Assembly: GCF_001194135.2 (NCBI RefSeq) | Contig: NC_068984.1 | Coordinates: 48,687,641 to 48,739,970 of the forward strand | Source: Octopus bimaculoides | Taxonomy: Eukaryota | DNA: 52,330 bases | Direction of reading: 5' to 3' | Shown here: positions 24,930-36,636 of the stretch, piece by piece | How positions within the stretch are numbered: position 1 is the stretch's first letter | Layout of the letters: every line of letters begins with the position of its first letter | Made by a program: the position numbers and the translations under genes | Notes under the pieces: generated by a model | Databases searched by the model: none | What the model was told of the DNA's origin: nothing | What the model saw: only the letters and a program-made list of their open reading frames with translations

Positions 24930-25269
24930 AAACTTAAACTAATTTACTTCGGGTTCTTATTCCTTCCAGGATTTAACATTCAGGATGGTCAATTCTCTGA
25001 ACTTCTGTCTAAAACCTTAATTGATATGAAACTATGAAACAACATATATTTATCTTTACAGGTCAAACGTCTAGTCTCCGTCTTGCATACATTGTATATA
25101 TGTAAAAAGAAAATGTATTTTACCTACAGCTGAATCGTTGTTATAACCATAATATTCCGGTGATTTGATGAGTTAGCTTTTGTTATTTGCATTAAATTGT
25201 GAATATACAATTACATTGCATAATGCGTAACATGCACATTAAAACAGACATGTAAACAATTTACTCTGC

Positions 25270-26200
25270 ACTGAAATTAATATATGATAGGTGCGAAATG
25301 GTTGTAATCTTAAGGATGTCAAGGAGTTAAATATATTCACCCCTCATACTTCCTGACATTTCATGGTCGATTCGTCTCCCACTTTAAACACACCAAGATT
25401 TCCATCCCCTATTCCCAATTCCTCCGTCTACGCAGGATCTGTAGTGATAACCATGACTTTGAGACTCAGTCTCAACTCATGGCTTGCCACTTCATCCTAC
25501 GGGGATATCACCTCACCACTATCCACACTGCCCTTGTCAGAGCACGTTCCGCGGACCATGCATCTGCCCTCTCCCCAAGAACCCGCTCTGCCGTCTCCCT
25601 CCTCCCTTTTCCCCTCACCTACCACTCCCCTCCTCTCCAACGCACCATTCTCTGAGCTTTCCGGCGTCTCCAGTCCGACCCCTCCACCTCACACATCTTC
25701 CTTAACCGACGCCTCCCCTCCTTCAAACGAGCCCACAACCTACGGTACCTCTTGGTCTACAGCTTCTTCCCCAACCCAACCTCCCCCCCTAGCTCGTTCC
25801 TCTGCCCACGCCCACGCAGCCGCACTTGCCCTTACCTCTCCAACACCATCCTCCTCACCGGCATCCATCATCGACCCTATCACATCATCGACTCCTTCAC
25901 CTGCATTTCTACCAATGTCATCTATTGCATCTCCTGTTCTCTCTGTCATTCTCTGTACATTGGACAAACGAGACACCACTTGGCTGACCGGTTCGTGGAA
26001 CACCTCCGAGACATCCGCTTCAGCAATGACACCCCGGTTCCATGCCATTTCCGCTCTACCGGTCACTCTTTGCAACACCTGTCCGTGTTCCGATTGGCCT
26101 TGCACAGGGGCCATCCGAACTGCCGTTTGCGCCGTGAACAGGGATTAATCTTGTCTTCGATCCCTTGCGTCACATGGGCTCAAATCTCCTCCCCTCTTCA
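25270..26200 (+). mobile_element. Penelope-like element: pLTR, RT C-terminus and GIY-YIG endonuclease
   Basis: HTKISIPYSQFLRLRRICSD...RGY, then FTCISTNVIYCISCSLCHSLYIGQT..LADRFVEHL...HF...REQ (GIY-YIG pattern). Confidence 0.93.
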
Positions 26201-26205
26201 TCTTA

Positions 26206-26312
26206 CCTCCTCCTCTTCATCTAACCTCCTCCTCTTCATCTAACCTCCTCCTCTTTATCTAACCTCCTCCTCTTCATCTAACCTCCTTCTCTTCATCTAA
26301 CCTCCTCCTCTT
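26206..26312. repeat. 19-bp minisatellite (cctcctcctcttcatctaa) x~5.5
   Basis: Directly visible. Confidence 0.93.
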
Positions 26313-26486
26313 GCCTCTCTCCTCTACCGGTGTAGGTGTGTTTGTGTAAATGTAAAGTAGCGGTTCGACAAGAGAGATCAGTATGGATTAAGGATCAGGC
26401 TCCAAAAACATTACTGAAGTAGATTCCTTCGACTGCAACGGTCGTAATGCATCACTATTTGATATCCTATTGCTTATTTTGATTAG

Positions 26487-26560
26487 TCCAGGAATCGAAA
26501 CCACAATCTTAGGATCATGAGTCCATCACCGCTAACCACTAAACCACGCACCTCCACACG
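26487..26560 (-). mobile_element. tRNA-like SINE head related to family D
   Basis: Reverse complement: gtggaggtgcgtggtttagtggttag...gtggtttcgattcctgg, with A-box- and B-box-like motifs. Confidence 0.7.
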
Positions 26561-26680
26561 GACATATACATATGTATAGTAGCTAAACTTATGCTCTTGT
26601 TCGATGGTGTTCGAGTCACACCTGGTTAGCAGTTCCAACGGCGTCATCGGGCGTAGAGTTGTTTACCAAATCCTCTCTAT

Positions 26681-26780
26681 AATAGAAGGCATCCGCCCAA
26701 GGAGTTACGCAGTGTGACAATCCGGAGCCATGTACTGTACTTCGGGAACAAACTTCTTACCACACAGCCCCGCCTGCACC
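26681..26780 (-). mobile_element. SINE family B 5' fragment
   Basis: cttcttaccacacagcc and cccaagg match family B reversed. Confidence 0.65.
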
Positions 26781-26791
26781 CATATATATGC

Positions 26792-26848
<57 letters not shown>

Positions 26849-27179
26849 TGCATACATACATACAATCATACATACATACATACATAATACACTCCCACAT
26901 AAGATATGGCTTCGGTTTCTTTGGTAGCATTTTACCTATTACCCCACAAGAGTTTTTTTAACCCAATTATTTATGTTAATATTCACTGGTAAATACATTT
27001 CGAGACTCATTTCACATTAACTCGAAGCGTTTTTTACATTTTCATGATGTAATCATACACACATAACTACACACATACAAACACACACACACACACACAC
27101 ACACACATCTGTGTGTGTGTGCATGTGTGTGTGGATGTGTGTGTATGCGTGTGTGTGTGCATGTGTGCGTGTGTGTGTA

Positions 27180-27226
<47 letters not shown>

Positions 27227-28104
27227 TTGTTGGTCTGTGCATACACCACACCGCTTCCAGCTTCCTCTCCAGTCACGCAGTTCAAGTAATCCTCATTTTT
27301 TATGCATCTGTTGTAGTAGAAATGTCAATTTCACTGGTAACAGCACCACCGTCTTCAATTTCTTGTATCTCTTCATTCGGTTAACTGACCCTCAATGAGC
27401 TAGGTGTCTATAAAATGCCTGCGAAACAAAATGCTACATGGAGCCGAATCTAACTGTTTTAAATAATAACATCTGTAACTCCAAACAACATTTAAGTATC
27501 TTTTTTTTTTTTACTTTTCGTTTGTCCCCTCATACACACATATACGTGCACGAACGCATGCACACACATATACGCAAACATCATAAATTTTCGATTATCA
27601 ATCAAATAAAATTATTCGATTCTTATATTATCCTACTGAGTTCCTTATTGCCTATACTTATTTCTCATACGTGCATGAATGCATATATTTGTGTATACAT
27701 ATGTGTTATTTAAAAGGCAAAGCGCATCTCAATCATGAAATCCCGACGATCGATTTGTTTTTCACGCTCTCTTCAGGAAAGCCGGTTTAGCAAGTTTTTC
27801 AGCCATATAACTAACTATACATTATAGACGTAAACATGCTACGATTAAAAAAATTGAACGTAGCTTTCCACTGAAAGGGCGTGAAAAGAATCATGTGCAA
27901 CTGACAGTAGAGAGGTGCGAACATTTTTCATATACCTAATATGTATGTATAGATCTGCGTCAGAACTCAATATTGATTTGAGCAATCATAGACGGAGAAT
28001 CAGATATACTTTTGACAACAAAGAAGGTCAGAGAGACGTCAATCATCAGTGAACATGGAACAGTCAACATGTGTGTATGTGTTTGTGTTTACGCGCGCGC
28101 GCGC

Positions 28105-28142
<38 letters not shown>

Positions 28143-28639
28143 TGACACCCTGATGTCCTTCAGAAATATATTGATGGTAAGTTTCTCCATTTAACGGTAG
28201 ACCGCGCTTTAGTTGCTCGTTGTAATGAAGATGCCCAGCAGATTATGCTGCGTTGCCTGCGCAACTGCACATATTCCTTGCAATAGAAACACGTGTCGGT
28301 CAATTTAATCAAATAAATATGCTGTTTGGCCAACTATAAATTTAAAAGAAAAATTAGACGGTGTACTACTTTCCGTATTCTTTGTAATTATTTCATATAT
28401 GTATATAACATATATAACAGAAGAGGAACAGTAGCAGCCTTGAATCTTTGCGGCGACTCTGTGGTCTGGAAGAAAAGGGGATTTTATCATCTCACTAGTG
28501 ACCCTGTACGGATGCTTTGGATAAAATGGGCTCCACTATAGGCACCAAGCGACTATGTATTAAAGGTAATAAACAAATGACGATTTATGTCTACCTGAAT
28601 TCATTTATATAATGGTTTCATATATCAATAAGTGAACCT

Positions 28640-28810
28640 TTATAGGTTTGTTCTAAGTGCTAGAAATAATAGTCAGATCACCCCTGACATCTTAGGAAAC
28701 CACTCACAGTGTGAGATATGTATTCGTTTCTCTGCTCATACAAAACTAGAAAGAAGTCAAACGGAATAGTCATGGTTGAAATGCTTTTGATCATAAGTCT
28801 GTCTGAAGCT
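28640..28810 (+). mobile_element. SINE-like repeat family C fragment
   Basis: gtgctagaaataatagtcagatc...tggttgaaatgcttttgatcataagtctg. Related pieces are reversed at ~21190-21235, 31538-31615 and 32870-32925. Confidence 0.55.
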
Positions 28811-29070
28811 GAAGAAATTGAATAATACATATATTAAATGAAATTAAAAAATATATAAATAGAACATTTTTTTACAAATAGCACGTTTTTAAAAAATAGT
28901 ATATTTTTTTAATAAATTACACGTTTTTAAATTAATATGTAAAGTACTGAACTTTCAAATGACACTTGAATTCTTAACGTAATTCTATGGCGGAATGAGC
29001 GTGGTGCAGTATGGTTGGAACTTTAAATCACAGGTATAATCCATTATTAAAAAGTCTTTATTTGTTAAAA

Positions 29071-29730
29071 CGGCGAGCTGGCAGAAAAGTTAGCACACCG
29101 GGTGAAATGTTTAGCGGTATTTCGTCTGAGTTCAAATTCCGCCGAGGTCGACTTTGCTTTTCATCCTTTCGGTGTCGATAAATTAAGTACCAGTTACGCA
29201 CTGGGGTCAATGTAATCGACTTAATCCCCTTGTCTGTCCTTGCTTCTCCACTCTATGTTTAGCCCGTTGTGGGCAATAAAGAAATAAGAAAAGTTAGCAC
29301 GCAGGGTGAAATGCTTAGCGATATTTCTTCTGTCTTTAGGTTCTGAGTTCAAATTCCGCCGAGGTCGATTTTTGCCTTTCATCCTTTCGGGGTCGATAAA
29401 TTAAGTACCAGTTGCATCTGGGGTCGATCTAAACGACTGGCCCCGCTCTCCCAAAATTTCGGGCCTTGTATCTAGAGTAGAAAAAAAAAAAAACCTTATT
29501 TATTATTTCAGCAATTCGGGGGAACTGGTAGAATAGTTAACGCGCCGGAGTATAAAAAAAAAAAAAATTAAAATGATTTGTGGCATTTCGTCAGTCTTTA
29601 CGTTCTAAGTTCGAATCCCGCCAAGGTCGACTTTGCTTTTGGGGTACATAAAATATGTACTAGTTGATTCTTGGGGTCGATGTAATCGATAATCCTCTCT
29701 GCCGAAATGTGTGCCTGTAATAGAAAGGAT
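29071..29730 (+). mobile_element. Three head-to-tail SINE family A copies
   Basis: The core is repeated at about 29071-29290, 29288-29490 and 29517-29730, each with a different tail. Confidence 0.92.
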
Positions 29731-29849
29731 TATTTATTATTTCTGTGAGCAGGTAGCTCATTTGATCATACAAGCAAATACTCAGCGTCAAAACGGAGAG
29801 AGAGAAGGCCATCTTACATGTATTTTTTGTTAGATAAAAGATGCACATT

Positions 29850-30235
29850 AAAAGGTTGTTGGAATTTCGTCGGTTATGACGACGAGGGTTCCAGTTGATC
29901 CGATCAACGGAACAGTCTACTCGTGAAATTAACGTGCAAGTGGCTGAGCACTCCACAGACACGTGTACCCTTAACGTAGTTCTCGGAGATATTCAGCGCG
30001 ACACAGTGACAAGTGTGACCCATTGAATTACAGGCACAACAGAAACAGGAAGTAAGAGTGAGAAAAAGTTGTGGTGAAAGAGTACAGCAGGGTTCGCTAC
30101 CATCCACTGCTGGAGCCTCGTGGAGCTTTAGGTGCTTCCGCTCAATAAACACTCACAACGCCGTGTGTAGAAATCGAAACCGCGATCCTATGACCGTAAG
30201 TCCGCGCCCTATCCACCGGGCCATTGCACCTCTAC
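29850..30235 (-). mobile_element. tRNA-Arg(ACG)-like SINE, family D, ~390 bp
   Basis: Head gtagaggtgcaatggcccggtggatagggcgcggacttacggtcataggatcgcggtttcgatt resembles tRNA-Arg(ACG) with A/B boxes, followed by a tRNA-unrelated body. Confidence 0.85.
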
Positions 30236-30957
30236 TCGTACATACATACTTATAATGTCATATATTTGTGAAAAGAAAATCAAAAATGCGTGAAGACATA
30301 TTTCAACAACAAAGTATAAGATAAGTTATTTTAAATACCATAAACCATAAATCCTTAATTTATTGAAATTATCGTTGCTTCCAAAGAAGGTAGAACAATC
30401 GCTTGGTAGCAAGTAAATGGGTCCAAAACCCAATTAGAAGGGGACTAAGTGGACTATTTAATGAGATCACTATGAGAGATTTTTACATAACAATAACCGG
30501 CTGATAACATTAGTGGAGATATATTCTGAGCGTGTTTGGCATCCACCAATTTTGATAGCAACAACCGTTAATTTAGTAAGGAGCTTCCATTGTGAGTGTG
30601 TGTGTGTGTGTGTGTGAATACATGTGCTTGTGTGCGTGCGCGTATGGGCGTGGGTGCCTGTGTGTGTGTCTGAGAGAGGGAAAGATAGAGAAAAAAAGAG
30701 AGAGTTGATGCATGTGTGTGTTTGTGTGGGTGTATGTGTGAGTATGCGCGCATGCGTAGTCGAGTGGCATTGAATAAAATAAGCAGGATTGCAGTTAGTT
30801 AAGTGGGATTGAATGAAAGATAGAGAGAAAAGGAAAGGATAAACACAATGAGGGCGAATTTTAAATGAATGAATGAAGTGACCGAACGATACTGAATGAA
30901 AGTGGGAGATTGTTTGTATGGACGTGGGAGGAAGAAAATGAATATTTAGAGAGTGGA

Positions 30958-31020
<63 letters not shown>

Positions 31021-31158
31021 TATGTGACAGAAGGAGAGAGAGAGTGTGTATGTGTGTGTGTATGTGTGTATGTGTGTATGCGTGTATGTATGTGTGTATG
31101 TGTGTATGTCTGTATGTATGTATGTGTGTATGTGTGTATGTGTGTATGTATGTGTGTG

Positions 31159-31199
31159 TTATTTCTTTACTACCCACAAGGGGCTACACACAGGGGACA
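31159..31199 (-). mobile_element. 3' tail of SINE family A (long-tail variant), heavily 5'-truncated
   Basis: Reverse complement tgtcccctgtgtgtagccccttgtgggtagtaaagaaat matches the tail at 29245-29286. Confidence 0.75.
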
Positions 31200-31307
31200 T
31201 GTGTGTGATATGTGACAGAGGGAGAGAGAGTGTGTATGTGTGTGTGATGTTTGACAGGGAGAGAGAGTGTGTATGTGTGTATGTATGTGTGACAGAGGGA
31301 GAGAGAG

Positions 31308-31348
<41 letters not shown>

Positions 31349-31719
31349 CAGAGAGAGTGTGCGTGAAACAAAGAGAGAATGTGTGTGTGACAAAAAGAGA
31401 GAGAGAAACAGTTTGTGCGTGACAGAGAGAGAGTGAGTGTGCGTGTGTGTGAAAGAGAGAGAGAGTGTGCGCGTGTGTGAGTGACAGAGAAAGAGAGAGA
31501 GTGTGTGTGTATGCGTGTGTGTCTATGTGCGCGCGCTAGTCGTTGTTGTTTAGTCACAGGTCAGCATGATCGAGAGGACTTATTAAAACTGTTCACGTCG
31601 TGCCCGATTCTTTTATTTTAAAATTTTGTTTGTGTTTTTCTTTCAGACAAGGCACCCCTTCGCACCCCTGCCACACCCACGCATATCCGTGTACATATCT
31701 CTTAGCTTTTATTTTTTAC

Positions 31720-32095
31720 TTTCGATAATCTTTTTACTTCAGCTATACTGGGGCATCGCCTTGAAGGGTTCTAGTCGAACAAATCAACCATGAGACTTAT
31801 TTTTTAAAGCCTGGTAGTTATTTTTTCGGATACATTTGACGAACCGCTTAATTACGGTGCGTGAATACACTAACACCCGTTGACGAGTGGTGGTGGCGAA
31901 CAAACAGAGACACAAAGACACACACACATAGATATATACATAAAGATGTATGCGACTGACTTCTTTTACTTTCCATCTACGAAATCTACTCACAAGGCTT
32001 TGGTCGGCCAGAGGCTATAGTAGAAGACACTTACCTAAGGTACCAGGCAGTGGGACTGTGTGTTTAGAAGCAAGCTTCTTAGCACACAACCACAC
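31720..32095 (-). mobile_element. SINE family B, near full length
   Basis: Colinear with 24434-24818. Confidence 0.88.
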
Positions 32096-32137
32096 ACAGA
32101 ATACTAAAACTATTTTTGGATCTTTTCTGTTTGGCTG

Positions 32138-32790
32138 CCAAGGTCAGTTTACGTTCGAATTGATTTCATATTCTATGTAATGATACACTATTATAGGCTA
32201 ATCAATGCCATGAAAATCATTTTCGCCATAAATTAATAAATATTAAAGTTTGAAAATTTTGGGTGATTTTAGCCAATCGTAAGCCACATTCATGCCTGTT
32301 TCCATAGTAACAAGCCGAACATGAGAACTCTTTTGTCTGCGAGAAAGCACGTGTTGCGAAATATATTGAAAGCTCTTGTTGACGCTGTGTTCTACTGTTT
32401 TACCCACCTGGAAATTTTACTAATCTGTTTGATTTTGTTTTTAGATAAGTCTCTTGTTTTGAGAATTATATAATTTGTAATGTGTTGTTTATCGCATAGA
32501 GTGCATATTGGAAGCTTTAAAATGCTAACTACTTGTTGTTAACTCCTTTTCCGCGTGTAGAATACAAATATTGACAACATGTACTATTTTCAGGTTGTTG
32601 ACAAAATGTGCAGCTACGCACAAAATGACAGCTTCCAAATCTTATTTCTTGACTCGGTGAAAATGATCAAACTTTAAACCACTATAAGTTGTTTTTTTTT
32701 CTTAATTCTGGAATAAGGGAAATATCTTCAACAATTCAGTTTGGAAAACTACATTAATGTACCAAATTTTAAGATTTTCGATAAACTTTA
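32138..32790. mobile_element. Possible non-autonomous DNA transposon
   Basis: Left end aaggtcagtttacgttcgaa has only a partial inverted match (ttcga-taaact) near 32777; superfamily not assignable. Confidence 0.3.
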
Positions 32791-32930
32791 ATTTTTGAAG
32801 GCTTGGCAACAGAAAAGATCCCTACTTTTTTCTGTTAAGTAACTTCCGTTCCTCCTCCCGCCAATCACTGTCTTAGTGATTTGGGGAAGATTTGGCTGCT
32901 ATCCCTAAAATGTCACTCCATCACGTAAAG

Positions 32931-33062
32931 CAGCTATAGGCAAACTGCAGCCTGCGGAATTTTCTGAATGGCTCGTCTAAGGAAAAATTGCATTGAATTT
33001 TTCTTCGGGTAATTAAGTATGTCTCAAGCGGCTCGCTTCTCGAGCAAGGTTGCTTGTACCGG
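32931..33062. mobile_element. Probable hAT-like MITE
   Basis: Ends cagctataggcaaac / ggttgcttgtaccgg form an imperfect TIR (10/15), with internal cctgcgg / cggctcgc. Flanking 8-mers acgtaaag and acataaga are only partly alike. Confidence 0.4.
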
Positions 33063-33253
33063 ACATAAGACACCTTTGTGGTTTTGTCGACGTCGCTGAG
33101 TGTTAAAAACGCCCTGGCAATGTTTAAAATACAGCACAGAATACGGAGCCAGAACCATTTCAGCTTGTCAACTATTTGTCTTGGCTTACGTCACACTGAG
33201 TTATCAATCAGTTTGTGAAAAACGATGCTTGGAAAAATATATAAAATAATATT

Positions 33254-33413
33254 CTTTTCTACTCTTGGCACAAAGCCCGAAATTTTGGGGAGGGGGCCAG
33301 TAGATTAGATCGACCCCAGTGCGCAACTGGTATTTAATCTATCGACCCCGAAAGAATGAAAGCAAAGTCGACTTTGAACTCAGAACGTAAAAACAGATGA
33401 AATACCGCTAAGC
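33254..33413 (-). mobile_element. 5'-truncated SINE family A with 17-bp TSD
   Basis: Flanked by atatataaaataatatt (33237-33253) and atatataagataatatt (33414-33430). Confidence 0.88.
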
Positions 33414-33889
33414 ATATATAAGATAATATTAACATTTTAAAAATTGAAATGCTTAAGTATTTTATTGCAAGATTTCTGAGGTGAAATCGTGTGTTGAAAC
33501 AGATATTGTTGTATTTGGGGATGTTTTTTTTTTTTTTTTTTTTTCAAAATAAACAGGTGAAACATTGGATGAAGAGTCGCTGAAGAGCCCACAGGATGTG
33601 TGATAAAAGATTTCAGAAAATGGACACTAAACTAAGAACAATAATAAAACCGAAGTAAAGAGCGTGTGTTTATTTGGCAAAAACAAAAAACATAAATGAC
33701 CATCCTGGAATGTAACAAAAATGAAATGAAGGAATGGAAAAGGATGGTAGAAAAGGTAATAGCTTTTTTTTTTGTCTGTTTAACCTGATTGAGTATACAT
33801 AAGAACATAAAATTCTTGGCTATGCAAGTCCTGACTTTTCCCAGGCATAGTTTTGCAGAGCATAACTGCACATGTATGGATCCCCGATT

Positions 33890-34410
33890 CTACTTCCTCA
33901 TAACTCTCGGAAATATTGATATCTTTTTAATGAAATTTTCTCCAAATACCTTTCAGATGGATTAGGAATTATATAGGAATTTAATGTGAAAAGAAAAAAA
34001 AAATAGAAAGAAAAATTTGGTGGGGACTCACACATAAATGCTGACACACATCACACATATATCTATAAAATGAAACTCGAAATTTTGAAAAATACTTTGT
34101 GATGTGTATCAGTCTGTATGCCCCACCACCACCACCAGTTGCTTATTTGTATTACGTTAAATTATGATATAATCGAAATCGATACCATCTCAAAGGTAGT
34201 TATAAAAAATGTTCCTTAAAACATACCCCCACTTCTTTTTTCTGAAAGTTATAAGGAAATAAAGTTGACTCATGTGAATTATCAAAAATTCTTCCTACTC
34301 GCCTGAAAATTTTTTTCGGAACTAATTCCAATATAATCTGAATCTACTCGTTGAAAATTGCTTTAAGCAATATCCATTTTAGAGAATGTTATGAGGAAAA
34401 AGCCTATGAT
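33890..34410. mobile_element. Probable MITE with imperfect inverted ends
   Basis: ttcctcataactctc...gaaattttc (~33893-33942) is inverted relative to gaaaattg...gttatgaggaa (~34353-34398). Confidence 0.45.
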
Positions 34411-35527
34411 GAGGGGGCGCATATATGGTATTGTGGGTCATCCACTGTTTCCTTTGTTCTCTAAGTTTGATTTGAGGAAAATTTCATTGTTATTTCGGGC
34501 AGGTTAATCAACTATGTAGGGATTCACTTGTTGGTTCGAAAAGCGGATGTATAATGTGACTGCTAATATTATATAGTGAGTGAGTGAGTGAAAGAGTGGT
34601 TGTGCAAGTAAGTGTGAGGGAGGGAGAGAGGGGGAGGGAGGGAGTATTGAGTGGATGAGTAAGTGTGGGCAGGTGTCTGAGTGAGTGGGTGAGTGAGTGA
34701 GTGAGTGAGTGAGTGAGAGAATGGATGTATAAATGAGTGAATATTTGATTCAGAAAATGTGTGGGAAAAGATAGGAACGTAGAATGGAAGGTTTCAATGA
34801 CTAAGAAAGCAAGTACTCGAGATAGATGATAGCAAAAGTAGGGGAATAAAGAATAAGTGGGGGCGGGAGAAAGAAAGAGAGAGAGAGAAGTGAGAGAGAG
34901 AGAGAAAGAGTGAGAGAAAGAGAGAGAGAGTGCTATGCAGTGAAAAAAAGAGTGAGGGGATAGGCAAAAAAAAAAGGAGTTGAAGGGAGAGTAAAGGATA
35001 ACATGGATGACAGAAAATTAACGTTTGAGTGAGAACGTAGAAAGCGAAAGAAAATGTGAATATGAGAAAACGGTGACTAGGAAGAGTTTAGGAAAATTGT
35101 CATAGAGACGTGAAGACGCGAGTGGAAGTGAGTGGGTGGGAATGATTGAATGTTTGAGAGGGAAGGGAGAAGAAAGTTGCTAAACAGAAAGACTTGTTTA
35201 ACGATTTTGTGTATATGTATATGTATATGTGATGTGAATATGTATGTGTGGGGAAGGAGTGTCTCATGAGGCAGAATAGGCAAAAAAAAAAAAAAAAAGA
35301 CGGGGAAACAAATCAATAAATTCGAAAGAATAAAATGATTTCACCAGGAAACGTATGCAAAGTTATATCAATGCACCTGCGATGTGTATGTCTACACGTA
35401 TGTACCTATATATGTGTATTTGTTTCCGTGTGTGTAGGTAGGTAGGTATGTATGTATGTATACACACACACACACATTTATATATGCATATTTATGTAGT
35501 TATATATATATATATATATATATATAT

Positions 35528-36230
35528 NNNNNNNNNNNNNNNNNNNNNNNNNNNNNNNNNNNNNNNNNNNNNNNNNNNNNNNNNNNNNNNNNNNNNNNNN
35601 NNNNNNNNNNNNNNNNNNNNNNNNNNNNNNNNNNNNNNNNNNNNNNNNNNNNNNNNNNNNNNNNNNNNNNNNNNNNNNNNNNNNNNNNNNNNNNNNNNNN
35701 NNNNNNNNNNNNNNNNNNNNNNNNNNNNNNNNNNNNNNNNNNNNNNNNNNNNNNNNNNNNNNNNNNNNNNNNNNNNNNNNNNNNNNNNNNNNNNNNNNNN
35801 NNNNNNNNNNNNNNNNNNNNNNNNNNNNNNNNNNNNNNNNNNNNNNNNNNNNNNNNNNNNNNNNNNNNNNNNNNNNNNNNNNNNNNNNNNNNNNNNNNNN
35901 NNNNNNNNNNNNNNNNNNNNNNNNNNNNNNNNNNNNNNNNNNNNNNNNNNNNNNNNNNNNNNNNNNNNNNNNNNNNNNNNNNNNNNNNNNNNNNNNNNNN
36001 NNNNNNNNNNNNNNNNNNNNNNNNNNNNNNNNNNNNNNNNNNNNNNNNNNNNNNNNNNNNNNNNNNNNNNNNNNNNNNNNNNNNNNNNNNNNNNNNNNNN
36101 NNNNNNNNNNNNNNNNNNNNNNNNNNNNNNNNNNNNNNNNNNNNNNNNNNNNNNNNNNNNNNNNNNNNNNNNNNNNNNNNNNNNNNNNNNNNNNNNNNNN
36201 NNNNNNNNNNNNNNNNNNNNNNNNNNNNNA
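35528..36230. other. Assembly gap (others: 14103-14112, 22685-22825, 23948-23994, 36821-37383, 42336-42661)
   Basis: N runs, mostly flanked by microsatellites. Confidence 1.
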
Positions 36231-36551
36231 GAGAGAGAGAGAGAGAGAGAAATGTAGATATATATAGATATATTTATTTATTTATTTATTTATTTATGTG
36301 TTTCAGCCAAGTGGCTGCGGTCATGCTGGTGCACCACATATATATATATATATACAGTATGCACGTAAGTAAATTGAATTTCTTACTGTACATCATACAC
36401 CACTACATATATATTGCAGAGTAATAAATTTTATTTAAATACTTACATAAATACGTATCTACTCACACTCGCGCGCGCAGGCACACACACACGCATTTAT
36501 GTAATATATATTGCATTTATATACATTTATACACAGAAGACTAATATATTA

Positions 36552-36636
<85 letters not shown>

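Noticed and set aside
24971-25040. Plus-strand terminal exon GFNIQDGQFSELLSKTLIDMKL*
   Set aside because: One of three adjacent acceptor-like sites in AT-rich DNA; short, with no recognisable homology.
27230-27385. Acidic coding-like text on minus (EEIQEIEDGG.../EDYLNC...VVYAQ)
   Set aside because: The two halves are in different frames, splice sites are weak, and it runs into (CA)n.
29850-30235. Functional tRNA-Arg gene (also tRNA-like heads at ~1080-1140 and 26487-26560)
   Set aside because: The acceptor stem and T-arm are not intact and the sequence continues into a SINE body.
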